Below, piece by piece: positions 10,013 to 17,082 of a stretch of 39,680 bases of DNA; the first letter of the stretch is position 1, and each line of letters starts with the position of its first letter. The notes under the pieces are model-generated. The model was given only the letters and a program-made list of their open reading frames with translations, was not told where the DNA came from and searched no databases. A program made the position numbers and the translations under genes. The stretch is from a virus (lineage: Duplodnaviria; Heunggongvirae; Uroviricota; Caudoviricetes). Location: IMG/VR virus record IMGVR_UViG_2506520037_000006. One strand, written 5' to 3'.

Positions 10013-10181
10013 AACATCGTATTCGTGGCTGGGGAAATTCACCACGGTGAAACAGGAATGCCCGACCTGCGGTAATGAATCCCCTGAATATCTGAAAGAG
10101 TGCCCTCATTGTGGCGGGCTGAAATGCAACCACTGCGATATGGGCGATGACACAGCGTGCATGAATTGTGAAGGTGAATAA
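9999..10181 (+). CDS. Small zinc-ribbon protein with four CxxC pairs, 60 aa
   Basis: CPTC, CPHC, CNHC, CMNC motifs; SD ggcggagg before ATG 9999. Confidence 0.55.
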   Translation: MENNKTSYSWLGKFTTVKQECPTCGNESPEYLKECPHCGGLKCNHCDMGDDTACMNCEGE

Positions 10182-10182
10182 T

Positions 10183-10485
10183 ATGAATAATGAAACTAAA
10201 TTTACTCCCCTTAATATTGATAACGTCATGGCTGAAAAAGGGATGCTGGAACGTGTTCGCGCTATCGTTGAATATGGTATTAAGCATAATCTCACCGCCA
10301 GAGAAGTCCGTGACATTATCAACCGCGAAATGAATCGTCTGGAAACAGTAGTGGCACTGCAAAATGAAACAGCCCGCGAGGAGTACATCCGCCGCAGGCT
10401 GGGGCTATCAGACCAGGATATTGTTACTGACGCTCATGTGTTTGAGGCTTTTGAGATCCGTCAGCATCTGGGTCTAACGAACTGA
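10183..10485 (+). CDS. Early semi-essential region hypothetical protein, 100 aa
   Basis: ATG at 10183 with SD aaggtga, 1 nt after upstream stop; track ORF starts at GTG 10168. Confidence 0.6.
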   Translation: MNNETKFTPLNIDNVMAEKGMLERVRAIVEYGIKHNLTAREVRDIINREMNRLETVVALQNETAREEYIRRRLGLSDQDIVTDAHVFEAFEIRQHLGLTN

Positions 10486-10690
10486 TAATGTCTTCCATGA
10501 TCTTTGACAGTTGCAGTTTTTCGCGGCGGCTTGTTCTCATTGCAGGCGCATCTTTTAAAATCTCTGCTGAAGAGCTGAAAATGGCTTTGCCCTCTTCTGC
10601 GGTGATGATCGCCTTCTTCACCAGAAGGCGCACCAGTGCTGATGCAATCGCATAACCTGCAACATCATAAGGTTGTACATTATTTTCCAT
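10424..10690 (-). CDS. Candidate leftward-transcribed small protein (88 aa) inside the early region; function unknown
   Basis: ATG at 10688-10690 (minus) preceded by SD agagagga with 5-nt spacer; fills the only gap in rightward coding; overlaps 3' end of upstream rightward gene by 62 nt. Confidence 0.3.
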   Translation of the reverse strand: MENNVQPYDVAGYAIASALVRLLVKKAIITAEEGKAIFSSSAEILKDAPAMRTSRREKLQLSKIMEDIISSLDPDADGSQKPQTHERQ

Positions 10691-10760
10691 AAAATCCTCT
10701 CTGATTGATGTGTAAATTCAGGCGGTGTTGCAGCACCGCCCCCTTTCCGGAGGTACGATC

Positions 10761-11312
10761 ATGAGTCGCACATCCCTGATTAAATTAATCCATGTCGCCC
10801 GTCGGGAGCTACAACTCGACGACGACACTTACCGCGCTTTTCTGATGCAGAAAACGGGCAAAATCAGTTGCCGCGAGCTGACGGTCACGCAACTGGAACA
10901 GGTGCTCGGTGCCATGAAAGAACGCGGCTTTAAGAAGCAGAATAAATACCCCCGTCGCCGCTTTAAGGGGCATGTCACGCCCCGTGAGAAGGTGTATAAA
11001 ATCTGGCAGCAGATGGCAGAAGACGGTTTTATTACCGATGGCGGTGATGTGGCGCTGGATAAATATGTTCAGCGCCTGACCGCGAAACGCAACGGCGGAC
11101 AGGGCGTTTCCACACTGGCGTGGTGTCATGGCGACACGCTGCTGACAGTCCTCGAAACACTCAAGCAGTGGCACATCCGCTGTATTCGTGAAGCCTTTTC
11201 CCGTCACGGGCTTCCATTGCCGGTCAGTCCGTCCGGTCGTGAACTGCGCGGCTATGATGCCATGACGGCGGCTTATGCCCATGCCAGAAAGACACGGAGG
11301 ATGGCACAATGA
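10761..11312 (+). CDS. gemA: GemA, early regulatory protein, 183 aa
   Basis: ATG at 10761 with SD ggaggtacgatc; translation MSRTSLIKLIHVARRELQLDDDTYRAF...; located immediately upstream of mor. Confidence 0.85.
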   Translation: MSRTSLIKLIHVARRELQLDDDTYRAFLMQKTGKISCRELTVTQLEQVLGAMKERGFKKQNKYPRRRFKGHVTPREKVYKIWQQMAEDGFITDGGDVALDKYVQRLTAKRNGGQGVSTLAWCHGDTLLTVLETLKQWHIRCIREAFSRHGLPLPVSPSGRELRGYDAMTAAYAHARKTRRMAQ

Positions 11313-11698
11313 CGGAAGATTTATTTGGTGATTTGCAGGATGACACCATCCTGGCACATCTTGACAATCCCGCCGAGGATACGTCACGCTTTCCGGCACT
11401 GCTGGCGGAGCTGAACGATTTACTGCGCGGGGAATTGTCCCGGCTGGGTGTTGATCCTGCCCATTCACTGGAGATTGTTGTGGCTATCTGTAAGCATCTG
11501 GGCGGCGGTCAGGTCTACATTCCACGCGGTCAGGCTCTGGACTCGCTGATTCGGGATTTGCGTATCTGGAATGATTTTAACGGTCGCAACGTCAGCGAAC
11601 TGACCACCCGTTATGGTGTCACTTTCAATACGGTGTACAAAGCCATTCGCCGGATGCGACGGCTGAAATACCGCCAGTACCAGCCCTCACTTCTGTAA
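11309..11698 (+). CDS. mor: Mor, middle operon transcription activator, 129 aa
   Basis: Translation MTEDLFGDLQDDTILAHLDNPAEDTSRFP... matches Mu Mor; ATGA overlap with gemA stop. Confidence 0.95.
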   Translation: MTEDLFGDLQDDTILAHLDNPAEDTSRFPALLAELNDLLRGELSRLGVDPAHSLEIVVAICKHLGGGQVYIPRGQALDSLIRDLRIWNDFNGRNVSELTTRYGVTFNTVYKAIRRMRRLKYRQYQPSLL

Positions 11699-11703
11699 AC
11701 AGT

Positions 11704-11728
11704 AAAGCCGGTTAATCCGGCTTTTTTT
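11704..11728 (+). terminator. Rho-independent terminator ending the early transcript (Mu t9.2)
   Basis: gccgg-ttaat-ccggc hairpin followed by ttttttt directly after mor stop. Confidence 0.85.
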
Positions 11729-11775
11729 ACGTCCTCAATATCCTGTGATGAATAACCGTACCGGGGAAAATCATC

Positions 11776-11994
11776 ATGGGTAAAGGCTGGAATGCATCCT
11801 TTCATCTTGGCAGACGTGAGCGGCTGCGTCAGGAGGTTTTGCACCGTGTCGCCGGTGGGCCACGTCCTGCGCCCCGCGACTATACCGGTCATGATGGCAC
11901 CCACGGCAGTTATTACATGAAAGGCTGGCAGTCAGTTGATATGCCGGAAATTCTTCATCATTGCCTGCTTTACAGGGAGAAACATTATGTCTGA
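11776..11994 (+). CDS. Middle-operon hypothetical protein, 72 aa
   Basis: ATG at 11776; first ORF after early terminator, upstream of C. Confidence 0.5.
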   Translation: MGKGWNASFHLGRRERLRQEVLHRVAGGPRPAPRDYTGHDGTHGSYYMKGWQSVDMPEILHHCLLYREKHYV

Positions 11995-12349
11995 GCGTTC
12001 TGCTCGTCAGTGGCCTGATTTTTTATCGGTGGTGTTACTGGCGCTGTTATTGTGGATAAGTCTGTTTTGTGGCTGGCGCGCGCTGATGTTTTGCTGTGCC
12101 TCGGTTTTCAGTGTTGCTTTATGTGTTGCCGCTGATTGTCTGGATGCGCTGATAATGAGCTGCCGGGTGCCTGAACATTTTGCCCGGTTCGTCTGGCCTC
12201 TGACCTGGCTGGGGAGTCTGTCCGGGCTGGGATTAGCCGTGATGGCAACGTCTCAACTGAAAACGGGTCCTGAGCATGTCATCTGGGCGCTGGCCGGATT
12301 GCTGACGTTCTGGCTCTCATTTCGTTTTCGCGCTCGTCTGTTCGGGTAA
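11987..12349 (+). CDS. Middle-operon membrane protein (multiple predicted TM helices), 120 aa
   Basis: ATG at 11987 with SD agggaga; hydrophobic segments LSVVLLALLLWISLFCGW, VFSVALCVAADCL, LGLAVMATSQL; track ORF starts upstream at TTG 11936. Confidence 0.55.
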   Translation: MSERSARQWPDFLSVVLLALLLWISLFCGWRALMFCCASVFSVALCVAADCLDALIMSCRVPEHFARFVWPLTWLGSLSGLGLAVMATSQLKTGPEHVIWALAGLLTFWLSFRFRARLFG

Positions 12350-12358
12350 AGGGGCACC

Positions 12359-12478
12359 ATGTACAGAAAATTCAGTGATGAATGTTTCGGGCCGTCCACG
12401 CTGATTAATGCGATAAAAGTGATTGCCCTTGTGGTTCTGATAACCATCAGTGCCGTGGTGTATCTTTCTGTCTGTTAA
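12359..12478 (+). CDS. Small single-pass membrane protein, 39 aa (below the 60-aa cut-off of the ORF track)
   Basis: ATG 12359 with SD aaagggg; translation MYRKFSDECFGPSTLINAIKVIALVVLITISAVVYLSVC; stop TAA 12476-12478. Confidence 0.4.
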   Translation: MYRKFSDECFGPSTLINAIKVIALVVLITISAVVYLSVC

Positions 12479-12490
12479 CCGGGGGAAAAT

Positions 12491-12913
12491 ATGCAGCATG
12501 ATTTATTTGAACACGATCCGGCAATTCGCCAGTTAATCGGACATATTGATAACATCCCGGCCCCGGAACTGGAATCACGCTGGCCCCGTTCGGTGGTTGA
12601 TCTGATTGATGTTCTGGAAAACGAACTGAAACGCCAGAACGTCAGCAATCCCCGTGAACTTGCCCGTAAACAGGCCGTTGCCCTGTCCTGTTTTCTGGGT
12701 GGACGGCAGTTTTACATCCCCTGCGGCGATACGATCCTGACCGCGTTACGCGACGATTTGCTTTACTGCCAGTTTAATGGTCGTAACATGGAAGAACTGC
12801 GTCGCCAGTACCGCCTGTCCCAGCCGCAGATCTACCAGATTATTGCCCGCCAGAGAAAGCTGCATACACGACGTCATCAGCCTGATCTGTTCTCACCTGA
12901 AACCCCAAAATAA
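12491..12913 (+). CDS. C: C, late transcription activator (Mor/C family), 140 aa
   Basis: Translation MQHDLFEHDPAIRQLIGHIDNIPAPELESRW... matches Mu C; SD gggggaaaat. Confidence 0.95.
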   Translation: MQHDLFEHDPAIRQLIGHIDNIPAPELESRWPRSVVDLIDVLENELKRQNVSNPRELARKQAVALSCFLGGRQFYIPCGDTILTALRDDLLYCQFNGRNMEELRRQYRLSQPQIYQIIARQRKLHTRRHQPDLFSPETPK

Positions 12914-12936
12914 CCGGCATCCTGCCGGTTATTTCC
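12914..12936 (+). terminator. Hairpin downstream of C, possible middle-transcript terminator
   Basis: ccggcatcctgccgg stem-loop followed by ttatttcc. Confidence 0.4.
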
Positions 12937-12939
12937 TGT

Positions 12940-13004
12940 CACCATAATCCCGCACCTGCCACCTGATTTTTTAGACTGCCATCAGAGAATTTTTTCAGGG
13001 AAGC
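12940..13004 (+). promoter_or_regulatory. Plys, C-dependent late promoter region
   Basis: Position upstream of lys; motif tcccgcacct at 12948-12957 shared with the G-I intergenic region; candidate -10 tagact 12972-12977. Confidence 0.5.
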
Positions 13005-13523
13005 ATGATGGCGGGGATACCAAAAAAACTGAAAGCCGCACTGCTGGCTGTAACGATTGCCGGTGGCGGAGTGGGTGGTTATCAGGAAATGACCCGTCAG
13101 TCTCTGATCCACCTGGAAAATATCGCTTATATGCCTTACCGCGATATTGCCGGTGTGCTTACGGTCTGTGTGGGACATACCGGGCCGGATATCGAAATGC
13201 GCCGTTACAGCCATGCGGAGTGTATGGCTCTCCTCGACAGTGATTTAAAACCGGTTTATGCGGCAATCGATCGTCTTGTCAGGGTGCCGCTGACGCCATA
13301 TCAGAAAACGGCGCTGGCAACGTTTATTTTCAACACCGGTGTTACCGCATTCAGTAAATCAACGCTGCTGAAAAAACTCAATGCCGGTGATTACGCCGGA
13401 GCGCGTGACCAGATGGCCCGCTGGGTGTTTGCCGCAGGCCATAAATGGAAAGGACTGATGAACCGTCGCGAAGTGGAAATGGCAATCTGGAATATCAGGG
13501 GGGCGGATGACCTTCGCCAGTAA
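13005..13523 (+). CDS. lys: Lys, SAR endolysin (GH24 lysozyme-like), ~171 aa
   Basis: N-terminal Gly/Ala-rich signal-anchor-release segment LKAALLAVTIAGGGVGGY; E-8-D-5-T catalytic spacing in ENIAYMPYRDIAGVLT. Confidence 0.9.
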   Translation: MMAGIPKKLKAALLAVTIAGGGVGGYQEMTRQSLIHLENIAYMPYRDIAGVLTVCVGHTGPDIEMRRYSHAECMALLDSDLKPVYAAIDRLVRVPLTPYQKTALATFIFNTGVTAFSKSTLLKKLNAGDYAGARDQMARWVFAAGHKWKGLMNRREVEMAIWNIRGADDLRQ

Positions 13524-13893
13524 AAGTTTACTACTGGCAGCCGTGTTTACCGCCGTTCTGTCCGGGGGGTTGTGGCACAGGCTGGACAGCACCCGCCACG
13601 ATAACCAGACGCTGCGCCGTGAATTACAGACGGAGCAACAGGCCCGCCACACTGCTGAATGGTTGTTACACGGTCAGGAACAGACGATGCAGGTATTTTC
13701 CGCTATCCGTGCCGCAAATCGTGCCGCACGGCTGGCAGATGAGACAGAACATCATGATGCAAAAGAAAAAATTACAACCGCCATTACTGGTGACAATTGC
13801 AGCACTCGTCCTGTGCCTGCCGTTGCTGCTGACAGGTTGCGGGAACTCGAAAAACGCACCCGTGCCATCGGTGGTGATCCTGCCCGAAATTGA
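13507..13893 (+). CDS. i-spanin (inner-membrane spanin subunit), 128 aa
   Basis: N-terminal TM helix LLLAAVFTAVLSGGLW followed by charged helical periplasmic domain; directly downstream of endolysin. Confidence 0.7.
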   Translation: MTFASKSLLLAAVFTAVLSGGLWHRLDSTRHDNQTLRRELQTEQQARHTAEWLLHGQEQTMQVFSAIRAANRAARLADETEHHDAKEKITTAITGDNCSTRPVPAVAADRLRELEKRTRAIGGDPARN

Positions 13894-14095
13894 TACAGAA
13901 CTGACGGAAGCAACGCCCGTTCCGCCCATGCCACAGCCCCTGACGTGGGGAGCATCCCTTCTCTGGAATGCTGACCTGTTGATGGCGCTCGGGCAGTGCA
14001 ACCGCGACAAGGCATCAGTCCGGGAACAGGAGATCCGAAGGAAAGAAATTTATGAACGAAGACCAGAACCGGGCGGTGGCGCTGCTGCTCGCTGA
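13754..14095 (+). CDS. o-spanin (outer-membrane lipoprotein spanin subunit), 113 aa, overlapping the i-spanin in another frame
   Basis: ATG 13754 inside i-spanin gene; lipoprotein signal with lipobox LLLTGC; Pro-rich mature part. Confidence 0.65.
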   Translation: MMQKKKLQPPLLVTIAALVLCLPLLLTGCGNSKNAPVPSVVILPEIDTELTEATPVPPMPQPLTWGASLLWNADLLMALGQCNRDKASVREQEIRRKEIYERRPEPGGGAAAR

Positions 14096-14246
14096 ACTCT
14101 GGCAGGGGGATACCCGTGATATTCCCCGCCCGGCGGCGTATGACCCGCCTGTATTGTGTGCCGGTTGCGGTCGTGAGCTGCGGCCTGATGTGCTGAGACA
14201 GCAGCCGATGGCGAACTACTGCCACTGGTGCCGTGGAGCAGAATAA
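14052..14246 (+). CDS. Hypothetical small Cys-containing protein, 64 aa
   Basis: ATG 14052 with SD aaggaaag; CAGCG...CHWC motifs. Confidence 0.5.
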   Translation: MNEDQNRAVALLLAELWQGDTRDIPRPAAYDPPVLCAGCGRELRPDVLRQQPMANYCHWCRGAE

Positions 14247-14545
14247 TGGATTTGATTTCAGTTTTAGCGTTATGGCCTTACCTGTTGCCTGTTGTGGCCG
14301 GTGGGGCCGTCTGGGCGATGCGTCGTAGTTTTGCCAGCACCGAGCGTGTGGAGCGTCTTGAAAACCGGATGACCGAAATGGAAACCCGCTACGCCAGCAT
14401 CCCTGGCACAGAAGATGTACACGAAATGCGCCTGCGAATTGCAGAGCTGTCCGGCGATATCCGGGTGCTGTCCCAGCGGGTGCAGTCATTTTCCCATCAA
14501 CTGGAGCTGCTGCTTGAAAACGCAGTAAACCGGAGTAATTCATGA
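14246..14545 (+). CDS. Lysis-region membrane protein (Mu gp25-like, reported releasin), 99 aa
   Basis: ATG 14246 overlapping upstream stop (TAATG); N-terminal TM MDLISVLALWPYLLPVVAGGAVWAM then coiled-coil-like region; track ORF starts at GTG 14228. Confidence 0.6.
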   Translation: MDLISVLALWPYLLPVVAGGAVWAMRRSFASTERVERLENRMTEMETRYASIPGTEDVHEMRLRIAELSGDIRVLSQRVQSFSHQLELLLENAVNRSNS

Positions 14546-14832
14546 TTAACGATATTCTGACCGAAGACCGTCGTCTGGTCATCCTGCGTTCCCTGATGGA
14601 CTGCAATAACGAAGCAAACGAATCCATCCTTCAGGACTGTCTGGATGCATACGGACACAACGTTTCCCGCGATGTGGTTCGCGGCCAGATTGACTGGCTG
14701 GCAGAGCAGCAACTGGTCACCGTGGAAAACCTGCGCGGCTTTTATGTCGTAACGCTGACCTCCCGAGGTCAGGATGTGGCAGAAGGTCGTGCCCGCGTTG
14801 CCGGTGTCAAGCGTCCTCGTCCCCGTGCATGA
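14542..14832 (+). CDS. Hypothetical late protein, 96 aa
   Basis: ATG 14542 with SD ccggagtaa, ATGA overlap with upstream gene. Confidence 0.6.
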   Translation: MINDILTEDRRLVILRSLMDCNNEANESILQDCLDAYGHNVSRDVVRGQIDWLAEQQLVTVENLRGFYVVTLTSRGQDVAEGRARVAGVKRPRPRA

Positions 14833-14843
14833 CAGGAGGCGTG

Positions 14844-15419
14844 ATGGACAGGAAAACACGGGGCCGGGCTTCAAAAGTGGATTTACTGCCGGAAAACGTA
14901 CGTAAAACGCTGCATGAAATGCTGCGTGATAAAGCGATCCCACAGGCCCGCATTCTGGAAGAAATTAACGCACTGATTGAAGACGCAGGCCTGCCGGATG
15001 AGATGAAACTCTCCCGTTCCGGTCTGAATCGTTACGCGACGAACGTCGAGCAGGTAGGCCATAACCTGCGACAGATGCGTGAAATGACGTCAGCACTGAC
15101 CGCAGAACTTGGCGACAAGCCAATGGGAGAAACCACAAAGCTGATTCTGGAAATGGCCCGCAGCCAGCTTTTTAAGGCCATGATGCGGCAAATCGAAAAC
15201 CCGGAATCTGACGTGGATATTGACCTGCTGAAAAATGCCATGCTGGCGGCACAGCGTCTGGAATCCACGGCAATGTCCAGCCACCGGCGCGAGAAAGAAA
15301 TCCGCCAGGCATTCGCAGAAGAAGCGGCAAACGCCGTCAGTGAAGAACTGCGCGGGCAGGATGGCATCAGCGAAGAGCTGGAGCAGCGTATCCGTGATGT
15401 ACTGCTGGGTAAGGCATGA
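14844..15419 (+). CDS. D: D (gp27), DNA-binding small terminase-like protein, ~191 aa (alternative start 14829)
   Basis: ATG 14844 preceded by SD aggagg; position immediately upstream of large terminase. Confidence 0.7.
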   Translation: MDRKTRGRASKVDLLPENVRKTLHEMLRDKAIPQARILEEINALIEDAGLPDEMKLSRSGLNRYATNVEQVGHNLRQMREMTSALTAELGDKPMGETTKLILEMARSQLFKAMMRQIENPESDVDIDLLKNAMLAAQRLESTAMSSHRREKEIRQAFAEEAANAVSEELRGQDGISEELEQRIRDVLLGKA

Positions 15420-15426
15420 GAGGGTT

Positions 15427-17082
15427 ATGAACACCAGAGAAAACAACCTTAAAGCCCTTCATGCGCCCCGCAAAATCAACCTGCGTGAGGAAGCCGGACT
15501 GCTCGGCGTGGATATCGTGACCGATATCGGGGAAGCACAGCCCCGCAATGAACCGGTTTTTCTGGGCTATCAGCGCCGCTGGTTTGAGGATGAAAGCCAG
15601 ATTTGTATTGCTGAAAAATCCCGTCGTACTGGCCTGACGTGGGCCGAAGCAGGCCGCAATGTCATGACGGCAGCGAAGCCGAAGCGTCGCGGTGGTCGCA
15701 ATGTCTTTTATGTGGGTTCCCGTCAGGAAATGGCGCTGGAATACATCGCCGCCTGTGCCCTGTTTGCCCGCGCCTTTAACCAGCTGGCAAAGGCTGATGT
15801 CTGGGAGCAGACCTTCTGGGACAGCGATAAAAAAGAAGAAATCCTCACTTATATGATCCGCTTTCCGAACAGCGGATTTAAGATACAGGCGCTGTCAAGC
15901 CGCCCGTCTAACCTGCGTGGTTTGCAGGGGGACGTGGTGATTGATGAGGCGGCATTCCATGAAGCCCTGGACGAACTCCTGAAAGCGGCCTTTGCACTAA
16001 ACATGTGGGGTGCCAGCGTGCGCATCATATCGACACATAACGGCGTCGATAATTTGTTTAATCAGTACATTCAGGATGCGCGCGAGGGGCGCAAGGATTA
16101 CAGCGTTCACCGCATCACGCTGGATGATGCCATCGCTGACGGGTTATACCGACGTATCTGTTACGTCACGAATCAGCCGTGGTCGCCGGAAGCGGAAAAA
16201 GCCTGGCGTGATGGCCTGTACCGGAATGCGCCGAATAAAGAGAGTGCCGACGAGGAATACGGCTGCATTCCTAAAAAATCCGGGGGCGCTTATCTGTCAC
16301 GCGTGCTGATTGAAGCCGCCATGACGCCAGCGCGGGATATCCCGGTTCTGCGTTTTGAAGCCCCGGACGATTTTGAATCGCTGACACCACAAATGCGCCA
16401 CGGCATCGTTCAGGACTGGTGTGAACAGGAGCTGCTCCCGTTGCTCGATGCGCTGTCGCCGCTCAATAAACACGTACTGGGCGAAGACTTTGCACGCCGT
16501 GGCGACCTGACGGTGTTTGTGCCGCTTGCCATCACGCCTGACTTACGCAAACGCGAATGTTTCCGCGTGGAGCTGCGTAATGTGACCTATGACCAGCAGC
16601 GACAAATCCTTTTATTCATTCTGTCCCGTTTGCCCCGTTTTACCGGCGCTGCATTTGATGCCACCGGTAACGGCGGTTATCTGGCAGAGGCCGCCCGTCT
16701 GATTTATGGCCCGGAGATGATCGACTGCATCAGTCTGACCCCCGCCTGGTATCAGGAGTGGATGCCAAAACTGAAAGGCGAGTTTGAAGCGCAGAACATC
16801 ACGATTGCCAGGCATCAGACCACACTTGATGACCTGCTTCATATCAAGGTGGATAAGGGGATCCCGCAGATTGACAAGGGGCGCACAAAAGATGAAGGCG
16901 GTAAAGGCCGACGACATGGCGACTTTGCCGTGGCGCTCTGTATGGCTGTCAGGGCGTCTTATATGAATGGTTTTGTTATCGACGAGGACAGCATACAGGC
17001 GCTGCCACCACGCCACCGTGGTGATGATGTTGATAACGATGATTTTGATGATTATCACCAGTTTGAACGAGGGGGCTGGTAA
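15427..17082 (+). CDS. E: E (gp28), terminase large subunit, 551 aa
   Basis: ATG 15427 with SD gagaggg; track ORF extends 192 nt upstream, overlapping D; upstream of portal gene. Confidence 0.85.
   Translation: MNTRENNLKALHAPRKINLREEAGLLGVDIVTDIGEAQPRNEPVFLGYQRRWFEDESQICIAEKSRRTGLTWAEAGRNVMTAAKPKRRGGRNVFYVGSRQEMALEYIAACALFARAFNQLAKADVWEQTFWDSDKKEEILTYMIRFPNSGFKIQALSSRPSNLRGLQGDVVIDEAAFHEALDELLKAAFALNMWGASVRIISTHNGVDNLFNQYIQDAREGRKDYSVHRITLDDAIADGLYRRICYVTNQPWSPEAEKAWRDGLYRNAPNKESADEEYGCIPKKSGGAYLSRVLIEAAMTPARDIPVLRFEAPDDFESLTPQMRHGIVQDWCEQELLPLLDALSPLNKHVLGEDFARRGDLTVFVPLAITPDLRKRECFRVELRNVTYDQQRQILLFILSRLPRFTGAAFDATGNGGYLAEAARLIYGPEMIDCISLTPAWYQEWMPKLKGEFEAQNITIARHQTTLDDLLHIKVDKGIPQIDKGRTKDEGGKGRRHGDFAVALCMAVRASYMNGFVIDEDSIQALPPRHRGDDVDNDDFDDYHQFERGGW

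Noticed and set aside
10488-10655. 55-aa plus-strand ORF in the gap before gemA
   Set aside because: No SD and antisense-like composition; kept only as the alternative explanation to the leftward ORF at 10424..10690, not as a feature
13752-14627. 291-aa minus-strand ORF across the lysis region
   Set aside because: Entirely antisense to a continuous run of plus-strand genes with recognisable products; Arg/Ala/Pro/Ser-rich composition typical of shadow ORFs in GC-rich coding DNA; no SD
15235-15426. Upstream extension of terminase ORF (track start 15235)
   Set aside because: Would overlap D by 185 nt; ATG at 15427 with SD directly after the D stop is the credible start
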